64,000 nt of DNA, from NCBI RefSeq assembly GCF_032444005.1, contig NC_091290.1, forward strand, positions 147,560,001 to 147,624,000, given 5' to 3'. The notes below the pieces were generated by a model that saw nothing but the letters and a program-made list of their open reading frames with translations, was not told the origin of the DNA and did not search any database. This DNA comes from Ranitomeya imitator. Taxonomy: Eukaryota. The translations under genes were made by a program, and so were the position numbers. Positions 63,732 to 64,000 of this stretch are shown piece after piece (position 1 is the stretch's first letter; every line of letters starts with the position of its first letter).

Positions 63732-64000
63732 TATTCTTGTACATAGGGAGCAGTATTATAGTAGTTATATTCTTGTACATAGGAGCAGTATTATAGTAGT
63801 TATATTCTTGTATATAGGAGCAGTATTATAGTAGTTATATTCTTGTACATAGGAGCAGTATTATAGTAGTTATATTCTTGTACATAGGAGCAGTATTATA
63901 GTAGTTATATTCTTGTACATAGGGGCAGTATTATAGTAGTTATATTCTTGTACATAGGAGTAGTATTATAGTAGTTATATTCTTGTACATAGGAGCAGTA

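Larger units (their letters stand above)
61740..64000. repeat. 32-33 bp minisatellite (GTACATAGGAGCAGTATTATAGTAGTTATATTCTT), split by the Helitron
   Basis: Array at 61740-62612 resumes at 63732 and runs to the window end. Confidence 0.95.

Overview
Eukaryotic (vertebrate) genomic DNA, most likely a frog; the taxon is inferred from the repeat families, not proven. Three intron-containing genes could be rebuilt exon by exon from GT/AG junctions and protein similarity. (1) CA7, cytosolic carbonic anhydrase 7, on the minus strand: exons 1-5 are present and exons 6-7 lie left of the window. (2) MVD, diphosphomevalonate decarboxylase, on the plus strand: 10 coding exons, 393 aa. (3) CYBA (p22phox) on the plus strand: 6 exons, 182 aa, with a probable U12-type intron 2. 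Roughly half of the window (my rough sum, about 32 kb) is tandem repeat in more than 20 distinct minisatellite arrays; these explain almost all long ORFs in the supplied track, which are spurious. Mobile elements: a young 5'-truncated CR1 LINE with an intact ORF2 in CYBA intron 4; a canonical non-autonomous Helitron carrying a perfect 62-bp-arm palindrome; several decayed Tc1/mariner copies; a Kolobok/T2-type MITE; and a V-SINE-like element. No rRNA, tRNA gene, CRISPR array or prokaryotic system is present, and I found no convincing wholly new gene system. The best leads are regulatory and structural: a probable sterol-responsive MVD promoter about 9 kb upstream behind a satellite-filled 5' intron, GC-box and splice-donor arrays next to gene starts, transposons sitting inside or seeding minisatellites, and the CA7-MVD adjacency.
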